Source of the DNA: Candidatus Hydrogenedentota bacterium
Lineage (GTDB): Bacteria; Hydrogenedentota; Hydrogenedentia; Hydrogenedentales; SLHB01
Length of the DNA stretch: 64,000 bases
Direction: 5' to 3'
NCBI GenBank assembly: GCA_045863295.1
Contig: BTWA01000008.1
Location: forward strand, 123,774-187,773
Shown here one piece after another: positions 24,201 to 32,039 of this stretch (position 1 is its first letter; the number at the start of each line of letters is the position of its first letter). The notes under the pieces are model-generated. The model was given only the letters and a program-made list of their open reading frames with translations, searched no databases and was not told where the DNA came from. The position numbers were made by a program, and so were the translations under genes.

Positions 24201-27038
24201 CGCCGCATTGAAACCATCAATTGCGATAAAATAGGTGGTACCTTCCACCGCGGCAAACGTAGCCTCGCTGATTCCTACGGTGTTCGAACCTCGATTATCG
24301 TTTGCGGCGATTTGAGTCAGGGCGTCGACAGACTCGCCGGTGTAAATCGCAAGCAGAGTGTCAAAGTTGCTGCCAGTCGTATTAAACGTGACACTAGCGC
24401 TTTCGGGAGCGGTCCACTTACGCCAGACAGAACGTCCGCCGGCATTCCCTGCGTGGTTGGGTTCGCCCGTCTCTTTAGACGCATTCAAGTTTGCGCCGGA
24501 GGTCACACCCTGTAATCCACTCACGGACGTGGCGCTCGCGAAGTCGTCGCCAGTAGACACGACAGTCAGTGCCCAATCCAAAGAGACGCCGCCTCTCGCA
24601 TCGTCGTAGCCATCCACGGCAATGTAGTAGGTTTGTCCTTGCTGTGCGGTAAATGCTACTCGGCTGGTATAGTTGCTTCCAAAGTGGGCATTGTCATTTG
24701 ACGCCAAGAGCGAAAGATTATCAACAGAACTGCCGGTATATACGGCAAGCAGGGTGTCAAAGTTGGTGGAGATCGTGTAGAACGAGTAATCGCCGTCGGA
24801 CGGCGCAACCCAACTCCACCAGACAGAACGTCCGCCCGCATTGCCCGCGTGATCAGGCTCACCCGGTTCCTTGGTGGCGCTGTAATTCGTGGCGTATGCG
24901 TTGCCCGAAGCACCTGAGATGCCAATAGCGTCGGCGAAATTGTCGTTGGCCCTGCGCCATCGCAGCGTGGGAATACCCGATGCGCCATCGCGTCCGTCGA
25001 CGGCGATGAAGTACGTTGTGCCTGTCTGGGCATCAAATGTCAATTCGCTTCTATTATTGGCGGAATTGTTTGCATTATCGTTCGACGCAATTTCGCTGAG
25101 ACTATCTACGGACGCTCCTGTGTAGACTGCGAGAAGTGTGTCAAAATAGCTTCCGAATGTATCGAATAGCACCGGCATCGGCGCGCTCGGAGTCCATCGA
25201 AACCAGATGGATCTTTCACCCGAATTCGCCGCATGGTCCGGCTCACCCGCCTGCTTGGTCGCGGATGCCGTCGACCGCGTTATACTCCCAGACTCGCCGG
25301 AGATTTCTACCGCATCGTCGTAGTGGTCGTTGGACGGGCGCCAATTCAGATACAAGGGTGAATTGTACCAGGATGAAACCAAGTCGACAGCTATCCAGTA
25401 TTCCGTGCCTGCGTTTGCGTCGAATGTTACCTCGCTTTCGTAAGATCCGTTGTACGCATTGTTGTTCGAAGTGACTGGGGTCAAAGCATCCACCGACGAG
25501 CCGGTATAGACTGCAAGCAACGTATCGTCGTAGGTTCCAAAGGTATCGAACGTGATCCGAACCGGCGTCGCGGAAGCCCAACGCCACCAAAGCGACTTAC
25601 CACCGGGATGGCCGGCATGATCGGGTTCACCGGTTTCTTTAGTCGCGTAGTAGTTGTATTGTGAAGTGTTTCCTGCACTCCCTTGCAATGGCTGTGCATT
25701 GCCAAAATCGTCATTGTAGAGCGACCAGTTCAGTGTAAAGGCGCCGCCACTCCCACTGTACCGATCAAGTGCGATGAAGTACGTCGTACCGGCCACGGCA
25801 TTGAGAAAAAGACGGCTGCTGCCATATGAAGAAGCAATGGCGGACAAATCATTCACGTCGGTTCCTGTATAAACGGCCAGTAGAGTCGTGAACGTAGAAC
25901 CAACGGTGTCAAATACAAACGTAGAGTCTGAAGGCGCCTCCCAACGCCACCATACCGAGCGGCCGCCGCTGTATCCCGCATGGTTGGGCTCTCCTGCTTG
26001 CTTTGTTGCCAACGCATTCGACCCAGTCGTTTGGCCCGTCGCTCCTGTAAGGCTGATGGCGTTCGCGAAGTCGTCGTTCTCCGGCGGAGTATTGGCAAAC
26101 CATTTCAGCGTGATGGATCCCTGACTTGTTCCTGGGCCGTCAACGGCGATGTAGTAGGTGGTGCCAGTCGTTGCGTTGAAAATGATTTGGCTCTGCAAAC
26201 CAACTGCGTCGTCGTTTGCCCCAACACTGACCAGTGAATCCAGTGCGGAGCCTGTGTAAGCGGCTAGAATCGTGTTAAAGCTGCTGCCCTCGGTATTGAA
26301 AATGCATTCACCTGTAAACGGTGATGTCCATTTCCACCACGCAGATTGTGATCCTTCAGACCCGAAATGGAATGGCTCGCCCGCTTGCCTGGTCGCGGAG
26401 ATATTGGAACCCGAAATCTGTCCCGTGCTGCCGGTAATTTCGATGGCGTCGGCGAAGTTGTCATTTGCTGGCGGAGATTGTTGAAGCCAATTGAGGACAA
26501 TGCTTCCTTGGTTCGACCCGTAGCCGTCCACCGCAATGTAATAGGTCGTACCGGATACCGCCAGAAAACTGATTGCACTTTGGGTGCCTGGGCCGCTGTC
26601 ATCGTCGTTGTCCATAAGCGTGTAATCTTCGATGGACGTTCCGGTGTATGCGGCGAGAATGGTGTCGAAATTGCTCCCCGCGGTATCGAACACGACTAGA
26701 CCGCTAGCCGGAGCGGTCCACTGCCACCAGACTGAGCGACCGCCGGTGCTGCTCCAATGGAAAGGCTCGCCCACTTCGAAGGTCGCGTTTACGTTGGTGC
26801 CGGTGGTTTGACCGTTGCCGCCCACAAGGATCAGGGCTGCTGCAAGGTTGTCGTTTACGGGGGCTTGGGCACGCGCGATTGCACAGGAAAGCGCGGCAAC
26901 AAAGACCAGCGCCAATTTCCGAAGCCAATTCAGAGATGTTGCCGCACGGAACCCGTTCCCGTACGGTGACGGGTCCGCACTTGGCTGGATTGTAGTGTCT
27001 TTACGCCTACTGCAACCGTCGATGCGGAGTCTGGACAT
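15213..27038 (-). CDS. Giant membrane-anchored surface protein (3941 aa): 9 PPC-like repeats, NHL propellers, two clan-CD peptidase-like domains, PPC-like, carboxypeptidase-regulatory-like, about 12 PEGA-like repeats, FN3, C-terminal anchor module + TM
   Basis: 9x ND.F..A...G.N..AT.E.GEP.HAG..G..SVWW.W.AP...FDTLLAVYTG; NHL motifs (GIAVDSDGNVYVADTDNHRV); YLVDHG...YDACESGSF; C-terminal GDLFALLIAMTVMGLCSARNRR. Confidence 0.9.
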   Translation of the reverse strand: MSRLRIDGCSRRKDTTIQPSADPSPYGNGFRAATSLNWLRKLALVFVAALSCAIARAQAPVNDNLAAALILVGGNGQTTGTNVNATFEVGEPFHWSSTGGRSVWWQWTAPASGLVVFDTAGSNFDTILAAYTGTSIEDYTLMDNDDDSGPGTQSAISFLAVSGTTYYIAVDGYGSNQGSIVLNWLQQSPPANDNFADAIEITGSTGQISGSNISATRQAGEPFHFGSEGSQSAWWKWTSPFTGECIFNTEGSSFNTILAAYTGSALDSLVSVGANDDAVGLQSQIIFNATTGTTYYIAVDGPGTSQGSITLKWFANTPPENDDFANAISLTGATGQTTGSNALATKQAGEPNHAGYSGGRSVWWRWEAPSDSTFVFDTVGSTFTTLLAVYTGTDVNDLSAIASSYGSSRLFLNAVAGTTYFIALDRYSGSGGAFTLNWSLYNDDFGNAQPLQGSAGNTSQYNYYATKETGEPDHAGHPGGKSLWWRWASATPVRITFDTFGTYDDTLLAVYTGSSVDALTPVTSNNNAYNGSYESEVTFDANAGTEYWIAVDLVSSWYNSPLYLNWRPSNDHYDDAVEISGESGSITRSTASATKQAGEPDHAANSGERSIWFRWTPSAPMPVLFDTFGSYFDTLLAVYTGASVDSLSEIASNDNANNSANNRSELTFDAQTGTTYFIAVDGRDGASGIPTLRWRRANDNFADAIGISGASGNAYATNYSATKEPGEPDHAGNAGGRSVWWSWVAPSDGDYSFYTISTNFDTLLAVYTGSSVDNLSLLASNDNAHFGSNYTSRVAFTAQQGQTYYIAVDGYDDARGGVSLDWALTVVSTGDDFASATSVSGLQGVTSGANLNASKETGEPNHAGNAGGRSVWRKWTAPESASVTFNTTGSNFDTLLAIYTGESVDALTQIAANDNRGSNTVGISEATFAAVEGTTYFIAIDGFNAAIGNFRLNWSSANAPVNDLFEDAIVITGSNGQSSSTNLGATTEWNEPTYSSSNYSIWWRWTAPLTREYTFTTEGSEFGTLLEVYSGESVDRLTELPISSTSRPEPASRVTVDVVSGITYFIRVSKDYYGTSVGAIVLNWSEMPPPPNDNFANAIQLSGATAQSVVNAEGATGEDGEPDYVYGQRNDSIWWRWTAPADGQVEVNTYGSQYSTLISIVTGNALGGLTVIAQGITIVGFQAIQGETYYIVVDNSDGYVTLNLYGPIDPSSILYEFDRMWPDTPTGGTAYSPSARGIAVDSDGNVYVADTDNHRVVKTDSSGRFLLTWGKYGFDEGEFLGPVDIAVTNQGIVIVADSFHVRLFDRNGAFLTRYVNLQGTAVAGGPDGSGFGIFAGGLIYRANTTDVLAYWAGSGTDIAVGPDGTVYVISGTAIQRFDGVGAPYSSWNVPTTGTLVAVSTHADGSVWVMDNLGVIRKLDNAGNVVLTWNAFGYQFTDMTVDSAGSVYVLGDSQAVQKYHENGTFKKEWGKGGVLPGRFRKPLGVAVASDNSLYVADSENWRIQRRDSTSGIWTSFGTQGTGEGEFDALVDVAITSGGHLFAADNGNDCIQRFDLNGSFQDTWTVSRELVAVSAGPDDTVYAIYSDGFEVFDGVTGALLDEWGEVGYGPAQVYALADVAVLDDGSFYALDAGRRRVIKIAANGDFEFSWGSLWYSSTGTTGYGRFEAPAGLAVTSDGSVFVSDVGGHRIQRFDANGGFLEAFGSYGFDLGQFDTPRGMATDSSHSLYIADSNNFRVQKYRRAQAPLPEPDINRAVLVLGGGPYEGNRLWSATTSAASSAFKAMTQQGIVRTAIYTVSPVINLSLDGDATHDIDAWATNTEVEFSLTQKAIEPVNGEAVDNVVVYLVDHGAPGKFRLNESNEILSESDLATWLNTIQDNISGTLVIVYDACESGSFLESLSLPQYAGRRIIITSTRIEKAANFVANGLLSFSTFFWMQILNGDSVGAAFDRAEQAMTWSGQNPRMDANGNDIDNEQADFDIANAVFIGKGTDRHWEEPDIGNYDPDHSIVGVSESIIWADNIEDEDGIESVWAIVTPPTYSAFFSTMAIIDRARVDMLLQPDGSYEGIYDQFVQEGAYKVDIFALDSNGNTAGPYTTTVHVGAPPTRKAIIVNSADPASPDWDSYDWASKWAYSALTIQTYAPNDIRFLTDLSVNNAYAAPSSTALENAIKQWGAVNTLDLTIYLIGPGTLGGFWLDEGADDLLYWDVFDGWIDDAQDSIPGTVTVICDASGSGSMLGPLKAESGQKRITIASTGAGEVATFASGGVTSFSAFFWIETALGRGVGEAFTNAAEAMRFASGQNAELDDDGSGTYDARLDGIYAGRYSIGTNVVRAGDNPRIGSVSDTITLGPDESSATIWIEDVLTMLTVDYIRAVITPPDGAPAIERMLTETSPDHFEFTYDGYEAFGTYTISITAVDTRGIASDPVGTRVVKPHPQGIQMDAWETDDTIEAAQWIGVDAYPDQQHNFHQAGDLDWVKFYAEAGTVITAETANLGHDCDTVIGLYRDNGVLALPENDNRGLGDLASRVTWQVDSSGTYYAQVRSEDADFGEGNDYALRVWRATAPAVTGKLEIFVLNLASIPVSVAKVSVTGVSTLFAAEQPVESDGSRRFNGLQEGTYNVTIKDAPGYLDQTVLNVTVSESGTTQRVINLTPSTGTIRATMLPSQVLTAGARWQTGDNVWRVSGDPSPQLNPGQYSVSFKPVDGWYTPQNVTAFVTAGIETPVNVTYQQKGYIQVNILPLELAGTAQWQITGRAGSFSSGHTEELPVGNYTVTFSPAAGWNTPSNMPVSASPGTPTPVSGQYVRQTGTLQVSIAPLNLAAAAWSVDGGQTWHTQAETVTLPTGSYTLSFKPVADYTTPADIPVTIVYNQPNQVSAEYIRHTGTLQVATLPANLSAARWSTDGGQTWHTGSATVALPTGPYTVTFKPVDGYSTPSNVSVDIAHNQPSTASGTYTRQTGTLQVTTIPVDLLEARWSADGGQSWQVSGATITLPTGPYTVSFNSVADWSSPDPVSVTVIHNQPTQTSGEYERHTSTLEVTITPQAARDAGARWSIDGGQTWLQSGDIQTLPTGLYTIVYKPVPGWLAPQDNPIAVNHNQPATVSGHYSQGKLTMNLSPQEAVNAGARWSIDNGSVWRMSGEQVTLPAGSYTVVFNEISLANLRKPGNILVQLNDNDTLTIEGEYQERTGSLKITIEPSDVLPLGAKWMLDGGLDQFDSGHLLNDLAVGNHVVTFTEVTDWLKPLPMQVTVQENDTLEVTADYEVPGAIQGVVLPDNPALAGAQWRILNGDWRNNGDIVGGLRPNDYTVEFSDVPNWSKPGNQEVTVEGRDPIVVQGAYTPHTATVQVTLDVPFPADARWRLDDGEWQVSATTLNGVPVGPHRIAFKDVANWTTPGSIDINVSVNTPVVRTAQYIQHKGTLKITTRLEGNAQTAPQWKIEGGNWNNSGEALTGLVAGFYTVNFQDVSGWATPVPMTNVEVRNQEITDLDIEYARQKSNLTIHILPTDIQATARWQLDATGPWRESGQTVETVVGKHAIRMSDVAGWSVDPVIEVDVLPNQPATRTITYTPATLAKPTGLSASDGEFVDRIRLTWQPVPNATGYKIMRATSSWDLGQAVQVKDVTGTTYDDLEAPPPTETPQPGGGGCGGGGGTTYNQVNTVYWVQALGVGGSKGPWSDPDGGFVKLPDTKDADTGNRTRRIAFEAALPAVPLGDRMRALTPDGTIALRLRAGTPLDTQSIRVDLQAPLGLPFEFEWQPIEGTDNTDGWVVIRPESSWTLGDEVTFIASCNTWNEERIETQAFTFSVVNQLPDPASVVTLPEGMMNPMFANPDGPQADTRSLLVTIPGTYDPSKHAVYCYLADASDPGWFPIEMVEGMLLGGPSGIEFNEDHLAVSLTHGGLIAVGPVGIEQNVPSMSGFGDLFALLIAMTVMGLCSARNRRLSRVS

Positions 27039-27399
27039 GTCTTACCTGACTTCCCTTCTCCCCACGACGATATATTGCCTATGGTTCATTCGGTTTTCGC
27101 CGCACCTTGGCAAATCTCGAATGTCGAAAATCTAACGATCGGGATGTTTGCTGCTGATGCCGTCAGCCCGCGAACATCCCGATTGTGTACACCCGCTGTG
27201 GGTGCAAAACGTGTCATGCTCTCTTAAGTGGAGAGTATGGCTGTACCAATCCTGAGCCCGCGCCGCGTCAAATTCGCCGCATGAATCCATCCTTTCCGCT
27301 GTCTCCCAGCCCCGCATTTCTCACCGCGCCAGCGAACGGCGCAGTGAGAAACGGGAACTCACCCCAAGGCCCCATCCCGGCCAAGTGCTGAGTAGTAAA

Positions 27400-27415
27400 G
27401 GCAATTGGCGTGCCA
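27400..27415 (-). promoter_or_regulatory. sigma54 promoter of the 3941-aa gene
   Basis: Minus strand TGGCACG-CCAA-TTGCC; core matches consensus. Confidence 0.85.
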
Positions 27416-27509
27416 ATCGGCAGGAAATCTCGACACATTCATAAGTCATTGCCCCTATTTTGGTTACAAAAAGCCAAGATGTATGCCAACCTGCAATCTC
27501 ATGTGAACC

Positions 27510-27548
27510 TGTTCAGTTTCTGGACTGGATGTGTTCAACTATTGAACT
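27510..27548. promoter_or_regulatory. Tandem UAS palindromes
   Basis: TGTTCAGTTTCTGGACT (27510) and TGTTCAACTATTGAACT (27532): 22 bp apart, the first 95 bp from the -24 element. Confidence 0.75.
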
Positions 27549-27634
27549 TTTTGGGTCTGAGGTATAGGAAATGGGCAGGAAGACCACACTATTTGCTCGA
27601 ACTCCTCACCGTAGAACTAACAACCGCTGTGTGG

Positions 27635-30600
27635 TCACGTGGGTAAGGGAATTCCAATCCAGGTGGCCGATGTGAGCCGTTTTATCCACCCGAAAGTGCC
27701 CCTGTTGTTTCCGGCCCAGACCGGAACGGCGCGTAAGAGAAGTTCGTTCAAGCGGTCGATTGGTATTTGACCAAAACCGGCGCACGCGAGTGACTCTTGA
27801 AGTCCTGGCAGATCTTCTTTAGTCCAGTTGGGACTGCCTTCGCGCGAAAATGCGCGCGAAATCTCGTCGGGCGTGGCCAACCGGTCACGAGAAAGTGTGA
27901 TACTGGCCGGCACGTGGCATTCAAAGAAGGTATTCAAGAGCGTTTCGGCACGTTCAAGCGGCATGCGGGCGGCAAGCGTGTAGTCCATTTGCCACAGTCG
28001 CAATCTTCCTGAAGTCGAACCTGCCACGGCGTGACTTCCGTTGCGGGTAAAGCAAACGGAGGTTTGGGGATCTCCCGGCGCGTTAAATACGGCGGTCATT
28101 TTCCCGGTACGTGCGTCCCAAATGCGGATATCTCCACCTTCCTCCGCGGCGACTGCGTACTTGGAATCGTAGCTCAGGGCGAGTTTGTTGACATTGCCGG
28201 TTTCACCTTCGAACACGCGAGCACATGCCCATGTGCACAGATTCCAAAGGCGCAGGTCGGCCTGCTGACTCCATAGATGCCCACCGGCGGACATCATGTA
28301 CCGGCCATCTCCGCTGATTGAAAGCGATCGGATTTTACCCTTGCCACCCGACAATACGCGCACGCAGTCTCCGGTGGCAGGCGAGTACACGCGGATGGCG
28401 CCGTCGGAACAGCCCACGAGGAGGTACTTGCCGTCGGGCGTCCAGACCAGGCAGTCGGACTCGACCGATGTGCTTGTGATGGCAATGAGGCATTGCGATG
28501 TAGCGAGATCCCAGATGCACAAGTCAATTCCACCGATGGCGGCAAACCGCGGATCGGGACTCATGCAAATCGCTTCAATCTGTGCCAACGCCGAGTTGCC
28601 GGCTATCGTCCTGATGCGACGCCCGGATCTTAGCTCCCACAGGCGCACGGTTCCATCCGAGCTTCCGGAAAGGAGAAAGCGCCCGTTGGATGCAGAACAC
28701 AAGCAGGTTATGCGATCGGAATGCCCGTGTAATTCCACGATCATACGTTGCTCAAGCACATCCCAAACCGCGATTTTTCCGTCTTCACCACCGGTCGCCA
28801 GAATACGTCCATCCCCTACCGTGGCCATGCTGGTAATGGCGCCTGCGTGTTGTTCGAGGTCCGCATACTCCCAGCACCCCACGGAATCAAGGCGTGGAAG
28901 TTTGGTGTAGAGTTCGGTCCAGACACGCATGGCTGAATTGTTTCGTTCGTACCCTTTGACTTCGCGTGCCAGCCTGGCCTCTTGCCAAGCGCGTTCCCAC
29001 TCCGAATCAGCCATGGCTGATTTGACATTCGCAAGGTGTTTTTCAAAGGTAACCTGATTGGTAATGGCATCTTCGCTGCTAACGGCATGGGAAAGCATTA
29101 GCGGGGCAGGTCGAGGGTTAAGGTCTTTGGATACGCGCCAAGAGAACAGGTTTCCGGACTCGTCGCCCGAAAGGGCATACATGCCCTTTATGCACAGGTC
29201 AACGCTCGTAACGGGATCCTTGTGCCCCTCTAACGTGCAAAGGCAACGGCCGCTGCTTGTTTCCCATAGGCGTAATGCGCCGTCCGCCGATCCTGAGACC
29301 AATACTCGTGCATCAATGGAAAGGGCAATACTTTTGACGGGTTTCTGTCCGTATTGGAATGTCCTGACACATTCGACGGTATTGAGATCCCATAGTTTTA
29401 TTTGACCGTCCACACCGGACGAAGCGAGATATCGCCCGGAAGCGCACACCGACAAACCAGTTACATGGCATTCGTGCGCCAAAAAGGAAAGTGTGGTTTC
29501 TTCGGACTTCAGATCCCAGATTCGGACACTTCCGTCAATACTGCCTGAGATCACGATTCCCAATTCAGGTTGAAATGACATGCAATTCACGGATCCTCGA
29601 TGACCGCGGAGTACAGTGGCTCCGGAGACGCCTTCCACCCGCCAAAACCGCAATGCCGCGTCTTCGTGGCCCGAGACTATTATGTTTCTCGTTGTGGACA
29701 AGGCGACACACGAAACCGTGCCGCCTTTGCCGTCCATGTCGCGAATGCATTCAGCGCGGCCAATATCCCACAGGCGTACCGTGCCATCGACGCAACCAGA
29801 CAAGGCCACAGTACCGTGCCTGGACAGATAGACGGACGCAACGGACTTTCGGTGACCTTTGAGCTTTCGCACACAATTTCCGGTCTTCAAATCCCACAGC
29901 TTGACGGTATTGTCTTTGCTTCCCGAAAGCGCATACCGGCCGTTTCGACTGATTCGCGCACTGCTGACGCCGTCACGGTGCGCGGCGATAATTCGCTGTA
30001 ATCCGCGACCTTCGTCTTTTGCGGCCTCCCAGGTTTCACGCAAATACCGTGAGGCTTCGTCGTGAGATTCTCCTGTACTCTTGAATTCGCTCAACGCCGA
30101 CGAGTAGTCTCCGCGTTCCGCATGAATCATCGGCAGGACTTTGTTGACCAGTTGCCGGCCATTTTCCGAGTTTCGGACGGGATGTAGCAGATCGATCAGG
30201 TCGGTATCGGAGATTGCGCCCTTGCGCCATCGTAGTAGCCCCAGGTTGTATGTGGATTCCGCGTGCCCAGGAGCGACAAGCAAGGCTTTTTTCCACTGTT
30301 CAATGGCCTTGTCGTGTTTGCCTAGGTCCATTAGGGAGACGGCCCTGTTATTCATTCCGGTCGGAGGGTGAGTTACATCCGGGGGTTGAGCTAGCGGAAA
30401 GGCCTCATCCGCGACATCCTGGTACAATTCCTTCAGTGCCTCTGCAGGCTCCAGTATGCTTGCTGGCCTGCTTCGTACTTCGTCCTGACAACAGTGCCAG
30501 AGGACTTCAAACAGTCTTGCCGGGACAAGTGGAAGCAATGGGCCCGGTCGCTGACCCCGAATGCATTTTTCAATTGCCGTGCGGCCATCCGGCCCGTGCT

Positions 30601-31465
30601 TCCACATACGAGCGCCGCACAACATTTCGAATACGCACAATGCCCAACTCCAAATATCCGTTGCAGGAGTAAGGGGATGAACTAGCGCTTGTTCCGGGGA
30701 ACAGTATCCGGGGGACATGCCGTAAATGGACATTTCCGCACTGTCGGTCTGGCTTTCCATTTCCTCCAGTTGGGAGAACGCTTTCGCAAGGCCAAAGTCA
30801 GTGACCTTGGCGGCGCCTTCTTTGGTGAGCAATACGTTACCGGGCTTGACATCAGCATGTATCAAGCCCTTTTTGTGTGCAAACGAGAGCCCCCAAGCGA
30901 GCTGAATGGCAATGCGCAATATGCGCGCGAGGCAATCCGGACTCTCATAGAGCGATTTCGAGCGGACCGCCTGTTGCAGCGTGCCTCCTGGAACCAGTTC
31001 GGCAAAAATACGGGGCACACCGCCAAGTACGCGAACGTAGTAGCAGGTGGCCACTTGTGGATGCAGCCCGAGGTGGACCCAGTGCTCGCATTCGTGTTTG
31101 AACGCGCGCGACCGGTGTTTGTCTTTAAAGAAGCTTGCAAGTGGACTCTTTACTGCCAGCATGGTATCCCACTGGCGATGATAGACGGCATAGACCTGTC
31201 CCATTCCCCCTTTGCCAAGAACATCCCTGACTTCATAGGTATTCAGGATCAAATCTCCAACTTGCCACTCCACCTGACAGTCGAGAGGAGGGTCCGGAGA
31301 GCTTGGTTGCATGGGACAGGAGCCGTGTACAACTGTATCCGCCACGGCTTCGTTCAATGGAAACGCATGGCCACATTGCGCACAGTTACCGCCCTTCTGA
31401 GGACCGCCCTCGGCGTCTGAAGCGGCGTAACCGCACGTTGGACAGGATTGGACCGGCTTGTTCAC
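27635..31465 (-). CDS. Ser/Thr protein kinase with N-terminal Zn ribbon, TPR and about 14 WD40 repeats
   Basis: CPTC..CAQC; LGKGGMGQVY, LAVK, HADVKPGN, DFGLAK, YCSPEQ, DIWS; many (G)H...V..V...SGS.D.TV.LWD repeats. Start uncertain (GTG 31465 or 31639). Confidence 0.9.
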   Translation of the reverse strand: MNKPVQSCPTCGYAASDAEGGPQKGGNCAQCGHAFPLNEAVADTVVHGSCPMQPSSPDPPLDCQVEWQVGDLILNTYEVRDVLGKGGMGQVYAVYHRQWDTMLAVKSPLASFFKDKHRSRAFKHECEHWVHLGLHPQVATCYYVRVLGGVPRIFAELVPGGTLQQAVRSKSLYESPDCLARILRIAIQLAWGLSFAHKKGLIHADVKPGNVLLTKEGAAKVTDFGLAKAFSQLEEMESQTDSAEMSIYGMSPGYCSPEQALVHPLTPATDIWSWALCVFEMLCGARMWKHGPDGRTAIEKCIRGQRPGPLLPLVPARLFEVLWHCCQDEVRSRPASILEPAEALKELYQDVADEAFPLAQPPDVTHPPTGMNNRAVSLMDLGKHDKAIEQWKKALLVAPGHAESTYNLGLLRWRKGAISDTDLIDLLHPVRNSENGRQLVNKVLPMIHAERGDYSSALSEFKSTGESHDEASRYLRETWEAAKDEGRGLQRIIAAHRDGVSSARISRNGRYALSGSKDNTVKLWDLKTGNCVRKLKGHRKSVASVYLSRHGTVALSGCVDGTVRLWDIGRAECIRDMDGKGGTVSCVALSTTRNIIVSGHEDAALRFWRVEGVSGATVLRGHRGSVNCMSFQPELGIVISGSIDGSVRIWDLKSEETTLSFLAHECHVTGLSVCASGRYLASSGVDGQIKLWDLNTVECVRTFQYGQKPVKSIALSIDARVLVSGSADGALRLWETSSGRCLCTLEGHKDPVTSVDLCIKGMYALSGDESGNLFSWRVSKDLNPRPAPLMLSHAVSSEDAITNQVTFEKHLANVKSAMADSEWERAWQEARLAREVKGYERNNSAMRVWTELYTKLPRLDSVGCWEYADLEQHAGAITSMATVGDGRILATGGEDGKIAVWDVLEQRMIVELHGHSDRITCLCSASNGRFLLSGSSDGTVRLWELRSGRRIRTIAGNSALAQIEAICMSPDPRFAAIGGIDLCIWDLATSQCLIAITSTSVESDCLVWTPDGKYLLVGCSDGAIRVYSPATGDCVRVLSGGKGKIRSLSISGDGRYMMSAGGHLWSQQADLRLWNLCTWACARVFEGETGNVNKLALSYDSKYAVAAEEGGDIRIWDARTGKMTAVFNAPGDPQTSVCFTRNGSHAVAGSTSGRLRLWQMDYTLAARMPLERAETLLNTFFECHVPASITLSRDRLATPDEISRAFSREGSPNWTKEDLPGLQESLACAGFGQIPIDRLNELLLRAVPVWAGNNRGTFGWIKRLTSATWIGIPLPT

Positions 31466-31713
31466 GCAGAATTCCCGCACCGATACGCGCCGTCGGGCCG
31501 GATACTGGGATTGCGAAGTAACCTCTGCCTGTACAGAATCAAGGCCCGTGGGATGTTGGGCTGAGCCTGTTTGGATTCTTCCACGGTCACCGACGGGTAT
31601 GGCTGCCAAGCTGCCGTCAAAACGAATCCTCCCTATCACTTCTCAGCACGAATTAGGTCCACTTGAGATGGACGCCGTCTGGCGCACGACGGAAACCAAT
31701 AGGCACAAGAAAG

Positions 31714-31729
31714 GGCAAATCCCGTGCCA
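31714..31729 (-). promoter_or_regulatory. sigma54 promoter of the kinase-WD40 gene
   Basis: Minus strand TGGCACG-GGAT-TTGCC. Confidence 0.85.
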
Positions 31730-31823
31730 ATTCGGCCGATTGAGTCGTCACACTGTAAGTGCTTTTCAGTACAGAGCTTATCGCTTATAATGCCTATTGG
31801 CCTAAATGCATTTATAGTAGTGC

Positions 31824-31862
31824 TGTTCACTTTCTGAACACTTCATGTCCAATAAATGGACG
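31824..31862. promoter_or_regulatory. Tandem UAS palindromes
   Basis: TGTTCACTTTCTGAACA (31824) and TGTCCAATAAATGGACG (31846): 22 bp apart, the first 95 bp from the -24 element. Confidence 0.75.
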
Positions 31863-32039
31863 TGGAAGCGGTGTTCCATGCGCCCGCCGCACTCTTTAAC
31901 TATGTGCGCTAATCGTGACGCCTGAACCCACAGCAACCGACGTCCACGAAGTGAATGGATCTGAATTGTCACGCCAAGAGCTCTTAATTCTCCAGTTGAC
32001 AACTCGTCTCGATTCCACATTTTTTGTATAGTACTGCCC

